Shown here piece by piece: positions 48,816 to 60,600 of a stretch of DNA of 64,000 bases. The number at the start of each line of letters is the position of its first letter. Within the stretch, counting starts at the first letter, position 1. The DNA comes from Takakia lepidozioides (Eukaryota; Plantae; Bryophyta). Location: contig CM060733.1 in assembly GCA_030704615.1 (NCBI GenBank), forward strand, positions 66,464,001 to 66,528,000. The letters run 5' to 3'. Position numbers and translations under genes: made by a program. A model generated the notes under the pieces. That model saw only the letters and a list, made by a program, of their open reading frames with translations, was not told the DNA's origin and did no database searches.

Positions 48816-51800
48816 GTAGTCACCACCGACTATAGCACCGTAGTCACCAAACCGACTATAGAACACCCATCCTCACAATTGGCAAGTCTGTACGGCGATG
48901 TTAGGGGGTGTTATGGTCGCCACGACTATATCATCCCCAGTGAAAGTGGGGACCCCAAGTTGGACCTGTTGTGTCTATAACTACAAGTTGAAACTATTGT
49001 CTTGATGAAATGGACATGTGAAGAGTGACTGTCTGTGAGAGGGAAGGAGTGGACATGGGCAAAAGTTTATATTTGGCATTGCGGCTGGCATGTCATGGCA
49101 AGGGTCTTCACATCAATCAGCCAGAGTAGTAAACCTGTTTCATTTGGATATTTGTGACCGGCAATTTATGACGTCAGCAGACTAGGCTCAGCACTCCAGC
49201 AATTCCAAACCAGGGGAATGTGAGGATGGCGAGGATGTGAAGATCATGCAATTAAGAAGTCTGAACATCCACATTGGAGTAAATTTTTGCGCAACATTCA
49301 ATTACACCCATATCAGTGTACGATATTTTCCAAATGATTCAGCGCATCAGAGAAACCCCTTTGTGTTTAGGGTTTCGGGTAAAGCAAATGCAACTACGTA
49401 ACATTCGGACTACCAGGGTCCTCACCATACTCGACGCTATGTCCTGCAACACCCCAAAAACTACTGTTGCGGGGAGGGACCCGATAGCAAGTCGAGGCCA
49501 AGTTAAACTGATCTTTGGGATAGGGCGTCCTCTCATATCAATGATCTTGTCAACATACTCATCGTCGGAGCCTTCCTCGGTCGTTGGATCCTCGCTTTCT
49601 GATCCCTCTTTTGCAGAATTATCAAAATAGTTCCGTACCGTAGAAAATTGAGCAGCAGCCCTCACCTGTGCTGGCCAATGTGCGTGCTGAGACATTCTTG
49701 TCCACGGTTTTGTAGCTGAGCCTGCGCTTCTGCTGCGCATAGGGAGGCCAGGTCGTACCCTTTCTCGGTGTAGTAGTAGTGTTAGAGCTGCAACCTATTC
49801 AAGCACTTTCAACCTCTTCTCCCTACCAAGTCATCCCTCCCGGTATCCGTGGAAGACCCTGGATGGAAGACCCTGGAATCCCCATGATGGCCCAGCGGGA
49901 CGCTTTGCAATCTGCAAGGCGGCTCGTAACTGCATTACGACATAACATATTAGATCAAATTTTCCATGAATGATGATTTGAGGAAAGGAACATTCAGAAC
50001 ATGCTAAAACAATGAAGACACTTACATAGAAGTGGGACTTACTCACTCAACGATTGTAACTGAATCTGAATGCCATCCCTTTCGTCGTTAAACCAGTCAG
50101 TGTCGGCAGCTGTGTAGCGACAACGGTGGCCGCAGGTGACTGCAGCCTGCAATCCCCTAGCCTCTCTTGCAATAGCTCGTCGTCCCTTCAAGGCGAGCAG
50201 ATGTCTTCGCAAATTGTTTGCCGCACCATGGAGGACCCGCATCCCGCTGTCAGATCGACTATGTTCCCCCTTTTGGTGAACACCATCTCATGAAGGTTGC
50301 ATGAACCTGGGGCTTTCTCACGTGCCCCGGGTAAGAAGGTGCAATCTTGTATTTGTGGAGTCTATCCTCTGACCATGTTAGACCACATCCTCAATGACGC
50401 TGTTGTGGTTGGTGTCAAGCTTTGCAGCTATCTCCCGCAAGTTGTTGAAATTGGCGTCCATGCCCCTCAATAGGCGCAAAATGCATAGAAAATCACAGTC
50501 TGCCATTACAATTTGAGGAGGGAACCCCGTCAGATCGGTATTTTGTAAGAGAAGACGTACAACATTCTGTAAAGGTTATGTTTCAAGAAACTAATGGACT
50601 TTGTAGCTGCACAATTCTAAAATGAGTTGTGGTAGTCGTTACAGACTATAACGTCGAAACCACACAAGTTTTGGTTGATAGTTGGCACCGACAATGATCC
50701 GAACAAATCCGACCAAATCGGTACTGACCAAATCCGACGATCTGGAACTCCAATGACTAGTAACAAGACACACCATTTAATAGTCAGTGCCGACTATAAA
50801 TATTAACGTGGGTGCACTGAGAAATAGTCGGTGCCGACTATGCAAAGACAGTATGCGACCCGAGACATAGTCTGCACCGACTCTATATATTATAGACAAC
50901 CATAACTAAAACAATAGATATTTGACGACTATTAAATACATTTTTAAAGAATGTCGATGAAGATGTGGTACATGCGAGGAAAAGTTGAAAGTGCTCATCA
51001 AACAATATAAGCGTTTAGGCAGAGTTTGAAACTTACCTGTGGCTGCCCTGGCTCTCCAGATTGAAGTGGTTAGCCGATGAGACAAGTCCACTTTCTCTTG
51101 ATAACTTTGAAGGGCCCTGCTGGGCCCACACATCTCCAAATTTCAATCTCTGTCTTGGCATCACCCTTGCAGAGAATAACAAGGCAGCCGTCGTCCTTTA
51201 GTAGGGATGCTGACAGTGCCAGTGCATGCGGGACGGTATACTTTGACTTTGCATCCAAGCGGGCACAATGTCATCTATGCACATCCTCTGGTAGACTGCC
51301 CGTCTGGGAGATCCACTATTACAAGGTCTGCCCCGCTTTAGGGACTGTGCCACCCCTACGCAATGGCTCGGGGGAGCGGTGCATTCCCAGAAACTCGTCG
51401 ATATCTCCCCTAGGCTCTGGCCACTTACTCATTGTGCCTTTGGATGCAAGCATGCGGAGTATGACCAGCTGGAACCAATTGCACTTGAGGCATGCTACTT
51501 CTGTGTTTGGTACCCCTTCTCGCAAAGAGAGCGCCTCGTCAAGCAGCACGGTTGAGAGCTGCATGCCCCTACCGTCACTTGTGTTTGCCCAAGCAGGGTT
51601 TCGAGAAGATCGATTCCTTCGCTCAATCTGAAAGTTGTGTAGGGCATCTGTAAATGCCAGTTGGTTGTCTACCCCTGAGCACCATCTGTCTCATCCACAC
51701 CCTCCACACCTTGATTGTCTGTAGGCTGTGCCGGGGGGGGGGGGGGGGGGGGGTGGGGGGGCGGGGTGATGGGGGGGGGGGTGGGGGTGAGGGTGGGTGG

Positions 51801-52391
51801 GTGGGGGGGGGGGTGGGTATGTCAGTTGGTGATTTTGATTCCTGTTGGTTTCTTCGGTTTGGTTTCCTTTTTCTTGGAGCTGGCAAGTTCTTCAGAGCTG
51901 TATTTGCTTGTTGTAGGTGTGCCGGCAGTGACAACTGCAGGCCTCCTCGGCACCCTCTTCCGTCAATGGCTCCATGTGAGTTGGTTGCAGCCAGTCGATT
52001 CTTGTTGTTACTTCTTATACACTTCCAGTTCAACATCAGGAAAGGATATCGGGGGGCAAATCTAGCCACCAGTAGCAGGGCAGATGCGTGACTTTAGCGT
52101 ACTCGCCCAACTGCCTGCCGTTGTACATTGTGTAGTCTGATCGGAGGCTGGCCCACTGTGTGACACTGGCGGGAATACACATGATATGCTTGTTGGAAAG
52201 CAAATAAAAGTTTATGTTACCTGTTGCAGTGCCACCAAAAGTCGACGTCAGGACAGACATTGGCCTGATAGTAATGAGAAGTGATAGGATATGAAAAACG
52301 AACCTTTGTCTCTCACCAGATGTATGTAGTTAGTCGGCAGCGACATGACACCAAATGTTCGAAGGCAGTGTCATAGTCGGTGACGACTACG
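48816..52391. repeat. Dispersed palindromes ATAGTCGG-NN-CCGACTAT (~10 copies)
   Basis: Perfect copy at 50824-50841. Variants at about 48816, 48840, 48912, 50632, 50678, 50780, 50867, 52331 and 52374. Confidence 0.8.
50040..52260 (-). pseudogene. Distant homologue of the amino-MTase-like gene (element C)
   Basis: IVDLPDG..LKDDGCLVILC..KRKWTCL matches IILDIPD..GVCVVC..KKKWTCI of copy A. GAREKAP..FTKRGNIVDLTAGCGSSM..RHLLAL (motif I) at ~50190-50325. Intron at ~50567-51037. Confidence 0.7.
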
Positions 52392-53291
52392 ACTCCAAAC
52401 TGTGGGTTAGCCAGCCACCCAGCTAGGCAATACCGGAATGTGGGTGTCCCTCGACGGGGGATCAACCTAGGGATGAGGGGATCGACATTGGGGGGGCTAC
52501 TTGTGGCTGGAGATCGGGCGGTGGTGGGGGGCGCACGGCTAGGGGATCGATGGGGGGGACGCGGCGATGGAAGAGAGCATGGGGGACCGACGAGCTGGGG
52601 GGGGGGGGGGGGGGTGGGGGGGGGTCGGAGGGGGTGGGGAGGGGCGTCTAGCTCGCGACGAGGCTGCCGGAGGGGGCGTTCCCCGGCTGTACCGCGCAGG
52701 CCGTACTTGTCAGCTTACACGCTTGCAATAAAATCAAGCCACGTCAATATGAGGACCGTGGGTCGGTAAGGCTATTCGCACAGGCACGGAGAGCCGAAGA
52801 CTGCAACTTCTTACAGAGTTCGATGACTTTTAGGAGAAGGACGACATCCTCTGCACCTGACATTACGACTCGAGAAAGATGATCTCCCCGCGGAATGGAC
52901 TTCCGCCTGCAGATGGTGATGAACAAGAGGTGAATTGGAGGCATCGAAAGTCGTAGCTAGATTTTGGTTCCTCTAAGTCGTCTATGTCTGCTTCTTTCTT
53001 GGGGGTTTTTGGCTCCTTGACTTTCACATGGGCCTTCGTGGCCTTGTTTTTTGGTCATTGGGTGGTATCCCTCTCTACGCTTTACGGCTTCGTGAGGTTA
53101 TTTTTCCTCACCATCTTTTATACTGCAATTTCAGGGCTTCTGTTCCCTTTCTTTAACCCTTAATTTCCTACAAGGTGAAATTTTTCACTCCCAATAACTA
53201 CTACCATTGGAACTAATAGGAGACTACCCACCTACCAGCATTCATCCACAAAGAATGACTGCACACATACATACATACTTGACTTGATAAC

Positions 53292-53360
53292 GAGCATGTA
53301 GCCCAGTGGTAAGGGCACATACCCTCTCATGAGTGGTTGTGGGTTCAATCCACCTGTTGG
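53292..53360 (+). other. tRNA-derived (SINE head/pseudo-tRNA) sequence
   Basis: A-box-like TAGCCCAGTGGTAA and B-box-like GGTTCAATCC. No good acceptor stem. Confidence 0.35.
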
Positions 53361-54648
53361 AAGTCATTACGGTGTCCACCTTCCCACCGGAAGGCAATAG
53401 CCCTATGGGGTGAAGTGATACCATAAGTTACGCTTGCTTCGGCAACGCGTCCACCTTTCCTTTCCTACCTGGCCTCTTCAACATCTCCCCAAATTTTAGG
53501 AATTTTCACCGTTGAGTTTGAGAGATTATATTTTTTGGAGACGTTTTCTTTTTTTGGGTTTGAAAAAATCCTTTATTTGCTTTGACCAAGCATGTTAAGG
53601 GGCTTTTTGAATGTTCCAAAGGGCTATCCCAAATTTACATAATGTATAGTACAAATGCAAAGTGCATGCCAAATTTCATATCAAATCAACATTTTACTGC
53701 ATAGGCTGCTTTGTATGTGTTTTGGTGAGGGTTGACATATTCACCCCTCAAGCCTCAAGCTTTCCTCCAAAACATGTCGTCCCAAAACCTTACTTGCACA
53801 AATGGGCCATCCGGTGAGGGGTTGTCAAATTTTAAATAGGATCTATCGGTGAAAACCGAATTTCAAATAGGTGGAGTAACATCAAACAGTTTTGGCATCC
53901 CGGGCCTAATATGCTTCAATGGCCCAATGAGGGGGCCCACGTTTCAAGTCGACTCCCCTCCACCCAATAAGTTTCTGACCTAAGTTTCCCACCCCGTCTC
54001 TTGAGAAAAGTTTGGACGTCCCATGCCTGCTCAAAAGGATATGCTATTAATTGGAGCAGGTGGGCCACCTCATGCGCTGTAATTGTTCAGAAAGAATGAA
54101 TGTAAGAAAAACTTCATCTACAAAAGTTAGGATGGTTCATTCAAACAGCGCAACCTGAAATGGGTCACTTAGGAAGTTAAGGGTTAAAAGAAAAATAAAA
54201 GAGAAAAACAATAAAAGAGATGTATGTTACCCATCGGCAATCGTTCCGCAGATGGCATCATACACGGAAGGTAAAAACCCAGACCTACGCAATTCTACTC
54301 GAGCACACCAAGGGTGTGCCGGTATTAGCACGTGCTCAAAAGAATGAATGAGGATATTGAGTGTCATAACTTCTTTGGGCATGTGTTTCGGTGGCGCTAT
54401 CATCTTTCCAACACAAGTTCTCCTTTGTTCGTCCTAAAATCCGGTTTGGTTAAGCCCGGAGGAGGATACTTATGTCACCAACCCTCCGACTGTCTGGTGG
54501 GAGGCTGCCTGTTGGCATTCCCATCTCTGTCTGTCTGTCTCTCTCGAAGTCTGTTTCTGAATATGCATTGTTGTAAAAGATACCATTTTTTCAATAGTAC
54601 AATCCGCACGGCGTGCTTTCGACCGACATCGACGGGCCCCCGGCAGTC

Positions 54649-57600
54649 ATGGCTGGCTTTCCGCCAGACAACATTGTGTTGGAGGAAGAGATTGATGAAA
54701 ATTATGAGCCCACCGAAGAAGGTGCAGCCCCTGGCTAATATTAAGCTGTTCCAGGCTGGAAAAATTCTGTCATGACAGAATTAGGAAAATCACCAGCCAT
54801 AGTTGCAAATGTGGAGGCAGGGTTTGAAATTGTCCTAATTGATTATGTACAAAAATGTATGCGTTGGTCTGTGTGGACCTTCCCTCAGTGTAGCCACGAT
54901 ATTCTCAAAGCCAACCATCTCATACAGCATAATCAAAGCATAGGGCATGTCAGAAATGGGAGGAGGACGGCCAGAAGTATTTCTACAAATATTTGAGGCC
55001 GCATATGAGATTTCAAATTTGTCTAACAACTGAACGGTCGTTGCATTCATGCAAGTATCGCATTGCAGAATAAAAAGTACATGAGACACTCCAGGCTTAA
55101 TAGTGCTGTCATTAAGGTTGAAGCTTTGGCCGAAAGAGTTTGTGGCAAGGCCGGGCTGAACCGATTATGTGCTTTATCTTTATATTCTTAAAGATGTCAT
55201 GCTTATCACAATATAGTGGTCAACTAAATGTGGAGTAGTCTTTGATTGCACTTGCCTCCAATTTATGATTGTAGAGCTGGTGGAGTATGCAACATGGCTT
55301 GGGATGCACTTGCCAGAAGAAAAGGAGCTTCTCTGGATTGCAAGGGAAGGCTTGAAGACTCCGTTGCCCGACCATTGGAAACCATGGTGAGCTTCTTCCC
55401 CTTGCCCAAGATCCATGCCTTCTCAGGATACACTGTTATTTGTAGCTTGCTCAAGCTTTGGAGTACATGATGTAGGATTTGGAATCTGAAAAGATTCCAG
55501 CTGGAAAGATAACATCTTTTCAGACCATCTTTGTACATAACAAGGTTTTAAGTTGTAGCCCATAAAAGCAACAACGGGGCTTCTAAATTTGGAACCAGAG
55601 GACCAGTTCAAAGACCACCAATATGTTGCCCATCAACCAAAATCAGATGCTGCAGCACGGCATCCCTATCGACAGTAAGTACAAGAATATGACTGTAGGT
55701 TATGTTTCTACTAGCTTGACTACCTTATCCTTACCAAGGTACAGCTATGTTTGGTCAAATATTTCTAGTACTTCATCCTCACATTGGTGACCAAACGTTG
55801 TACCATGTAAACTTGCAAAATTGCCACAGAGTAAGAATTTCTGATCTCTTGCCATTTTGCAGCCGGACAGAGGATGACGAAATTTACTACTTTAACTTTG
55901 AATCAGGAGAAAGTGTTTGGGAGCACCCTTGTGATGAGTATTACAGGTACCTTGTGACTATATTTGGAATGACGTGCATCCTTCGGTCTGACTGTGTGTG
56001 TCTCCCTCTTAGTTTCTCTCTTCTCTATATGGAAATGCAAGACTAAGATGATGAAAGTTCCATTTAGAAGATAGAAAACTTCTGGAAGTAGATGATAGTA
56101 ATGAGTGAAACATCCATAGTTTGAAGACATCGATGAATGGTGGCCCTGCAGAAACTTGTACACTGAGGAGATCATCAAGCTGACACCTAATTACCAGTAT
56201 CTGAACTCAGATTCCGTGTCCCCACATGTTATAGCTGCAACAGAGCAGGTCTTCCTCTTTTGCCTCCATTGGTGCAAACTTTGTGAGCAACTTTTTCATT
56301 GTGCCTTTTAGCTTGGTTTGTGTCTTAAGTGGAGTGGCAGATGTTGGCTCATGCTCATGCTGGAATATCTGTTCTGCAGTTAAGGCATGGTACTGATTCT
56401 GGACATCAAGGACCTGTCAGACCTCTTATGCCAGTGGCTGTATGTAATTGGGAGCAATCAGCAGGTGGTATGTCTTCCACAGCCACAGGCATGAAGGGAA
56501 AGGATACAACTCCCTTGTCTCCTTTTCGGCCCCAACCTGGATTCCACACTGTGCTAGTTGATTCCTCTCATCCAAGTTATCTTTCCACAAGTATCCCCTC
56601 TCTGTTACACGATTCCCTTTTCCCTTGTTGTGTGTTGGCAGGAGGGACTATGTTTAAATAAAAATCTCCATCTTTCTCATTTGAACTGCACAGTACAATG
56701 CATTTGCCCCGACTCCTCCAGCCCCTGCAAAAATAGACATATTCTTTCCAACTTACCACGTTAGTTACTAGTGTTTATCTCTAATTGGAGGCTTTTTCAA
56801 AGTTCACGCTTCTGAATGAAATTTGTTTTAAAGTTGAAGTACCAAACTGGTAATACTCCATTTGAAAAAAATCATATGATGTGACATAGCTCTTTTGCCA
56901 GTGACTGTTTGCAATACTAATATCAACTGGCTTATCTCCTCATTTTCTATCAGGTGGGGACCAAGGCAACAGCCTAAACTCATCATTCACAGGATCTGCA
57001 ATGACACCCAGGATTGGCAGTAATAGTAGTACTGGTACTGGGAGCCCAACAGCAGGACTAGTACAAGGTCTACCCATCGCTGCGGGTGGGTTGGACGATA
57101 GGGACAGCCCCTCTCCTCATGAAAGAATTGGTCACTTAGGTATGCAAAAGCAAACAGCACTCAAAATCCATGTTGACTAATCACAGGCGTATATTCCGTG
57201 GGTACCATATTCTTGTCATCAAGGAGCCGACTTAGAGGAAGAGTAAAATCACACATGAAGAAATATAATCTTGTCAGTGTTCCAGTGATTCTATAGCTGA
57301 TGGGCCTCTCTGGTAACCTGGCATGTCAGTGGGCATGCACCATGAGGGATGCTTCTGTGGTTGGCTAGAATGGGACTCCTGAAAATAGGCAGTGGAATTT
57401 TGGCCATTGCATGGGTTGCCACACCACAAAGGAGAAGTATAGTCCACTGAACATCAAGAGTACCGTTAAACTGTGATGAGGCCTCCCTACTCCATTCACG
57501 GGCAAACTAGATCATTTCTCTGATTCAAAGAACTTCTTTACTGCATTTCTATTTCATCCATCTACACCTTCCCATAACTTGCTGCTCAGTCTAACTGGTT

Positions 57601-60600
57601 GTAGGCCAAAGTGTTTTAATCAGCCCCTCAGATAGTCCAATGTGGTCTGTCATCAAGGTAGACTAAGACTATGTTTGTTCATGTACCTCGGACATTCTTT
57701 GCAGGTTTTGTCCCAGATGCAGGGACCCCTTGTGCCTTTCGGACCTCTCCGCAAGAGTGTGGGCCAAGTGTCCAGGTCAGTGTGCTTCAAATTATCCTGC
57801 TAGGTAGCTTGAGAGAGTGACCCTGGGACTGAGGAACATGTCATATACGGGACTTGCTTAACTAGAATTCATGGTACAGTGATCATTCATATTTATGAAC
57901 ATGACGAATGAGGCCAGCTGGAGCCAGGTGATGCGTAGGTCAGTGTGCATAGACACGATTATGCACTTTTTCCTTCTTGTTAGAGTGGACCCTTGTGTTG
58001 CCCAACCAATTTGGAAGTCAGGTTGACTCAAGGACTAGAATTATGTAGCACATGTATGCACATTGACCCTTCTCCGTTCTAAATATAGTCTCTCCTATGT
58101 AAGCCGTTTGATCGAATATAATTGGTTCTGGAAGCTGTCAGAAACTCTACTCTTACGATTCTGGTGCTGGTATTGTGGATTGGTTATGCATCAACTTCAC
58201 ATGCAGCCCCAAGTCCAGCTCCAAGATGGCAGAAATGTCCCACTTGCGCTGGTCTCAAAGTGGAAAACGGCTATGTCTGGAGTCACATCGATGATGATGC
58301 CGCCTTGGCAAAGAAAGGGAACATGCCCAGGTGTGAAGTCTGCTGCTACTGAGGAAGAGGTCAGAAGCATTCAGCAGGCACAGCAAGAGCTTGATGCACA
58401 GGTGAGTGAGGTATAGTTATTTGAGGGATGATCTCAGGTTTTCATCTAGGTTTTTCGAACCAATGTCAAGTGACGACTTTGCATTATTCCTTTGAGGCCC
58501 AAGAGCCGCAAAGCATACAAGTAAAGATTCCACGCAGAGGGCTCCAAGGGACCATGGAACAGGGAGATAGAATGTACTCATAAGACGTTGTTTGCCGTAG
58601 CCTTGTGGATATTGACCCCGCGCCCAATTTGAGCGGAACACAAAGGGATAGAAACTACTTTTGTCAGGGGCTGACGCCGGTAGTATGACTTAGCTTGGAA
58701 CAGACAATTGATCCGAGTTTTCCAGATATCCTCTAGACATCCCTTTACACAAGCATCAATCTGCTGTGTGATTTGCCCAATAACTAGGCCCAGATTGAAC
58801 AATTCAAATATGTGCATCCCAATTACAGTTGGAGGAAAACTCAATGCCAAGGTATGTGTAGGAAGGGAGGACAGGAATCTCTTGGCTTCCCCACTGCCGC
58901 TTGAGACCACCTCATCCCTTCCCTCGGTCGTTGAATGCCACCTCTGCGCATTTACTGACGTTAGCCTCTAGCCCTGAAAGGTCAAAGTATCTCTTCGCAC
59001 AATCAATCAACTCCTGAAGATTGGATGGAATCTCCCCTATGCCTGCAAAGTCATCCGCAAACATAAGGGCTGGTATGGTGGCATCACCCACCCTTAACCC
59101 AAATCCCCACTTACCACATCCTCGAGGAGTTGATTGATGAAAACATTGAAGAGCAGAGGGGAGAGGGCACATCCTTGAGCTACACCTTGGTCTATGTCAA
59201 AGAAGTTAGACTTCTGTCCATTAACAGTGACACACAGCTTTTGGCGTGAGCATACAAGTTATGGACCACTCTCCACATCTTTCCCTTGATGCCAGCTGAC
59301 CAGAGTCGGAGCCATAGACCATCTCTCCACACTGTGTCTTAAGTGACATCCAAGAAAAAGAAAAAGTGGGTTTCCTTCTTTTTCCCTTCCCTGGATAATC
59401 TGGCTTAGAGTGAAGATATGATCCACACAGCCCCTGTTTCGCCGAAAGCCAGCTTGGCCCTCGTGGAAACAACCTCTAGATTCCACATCAACCTCGAGAC
59501 GAGTACTTATAACTCTGCAAAATATCTTGTCAACTGCATTGAGAAGCGTGATGCCTCAATAGTTCCCTGGCTCTTCTCTGTCACCTCTCTTGTGTAGATT
59601 GACAACGACCCCCTGTCGCCAGCGAAAGAGGATCATTTCAGTCCTCCAGATAAGGTTAAAGAGAAGTACAAGGGCCTCTATCATGGGGTCGCCACTATGC
59701 TCGATAAGCTCGTTGACTATGCCATCAGGTCCACCAGCTTTATATCCGTATAAATGCTTAATTGGTTCCACAATCTCAGAAGAACTAATGGGAGCGTTGT
59801 AACCCTTTGAGATATACTCTAGTTCATCAGGGCTGTCTTGAATCATAGGAACAGATTTTTCAACTGTGTCCTTCTTCAGAAGACCTATCACTGTGAGACG
59901 TAGAATTTCTGCCAAGGATACTGTAGTGAGTTGCAAAGGTTTTGACAATGTCAACCGTTGAAGTCACCACTGCACCCTTAGTAGTCCTCAGCGCTTGTAC
60001 TTGCTGACAATTTTTCAGCTTGTACAGACGTTGAATGAGACCTTACAATCTGATTGATATCTTTGCGGATCTGGTAGTACCTAGCCCACAATTCTTTGTT
60101 AACTTTGAAATTGCAGCACTCTTTATAGGAGGACTCGTCTCTCGACTATCTTGAGTTTGATCTCATTGGTCCACCAATTAACAGCTCACCGCTCTATCAC
60201 AGACAATTAGTTTCCTCCCAATGATCTTGTTAGCCACGGAGGAGACGAAACTCTCCCAAGAATCCACCGCTCTTTCGACTTCATTTCTTGCATTGGTAGA
60301 GTGAGACTGTAGATCTTGGAGCGAATGGGCAAAGTGAGGGAGAGCCTCTTGCAAGGCCTGGACATACTCAGCCTTGACCTCTTCATTTTGGAATTTTTCT
60401 ATGCGCCACTTCCGAATCGAATGTTTCACAGATCTCTTGGTGTTGGGAAACACCTTTTGATCTCAGTCCAAACCAGGAAGTGGTCAGAGGTACCAATATC
60501 AGTTCTGTCAATCAACACATTGGCACTCTGGGGAAACAAATTCTTGTCCACTAGGATGATCTGCAAGGGGGGGTCAATTACCCCGTGTGTAGATTTTGCT

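Noticed and set aside
51731-52640. G-rich tracts as G-quadruplex elements or Gly-rich proteins
   Set aside because: They are best explained as Pro-rich linker codons on the minus strand, and homopolymer lengths are unreliable.
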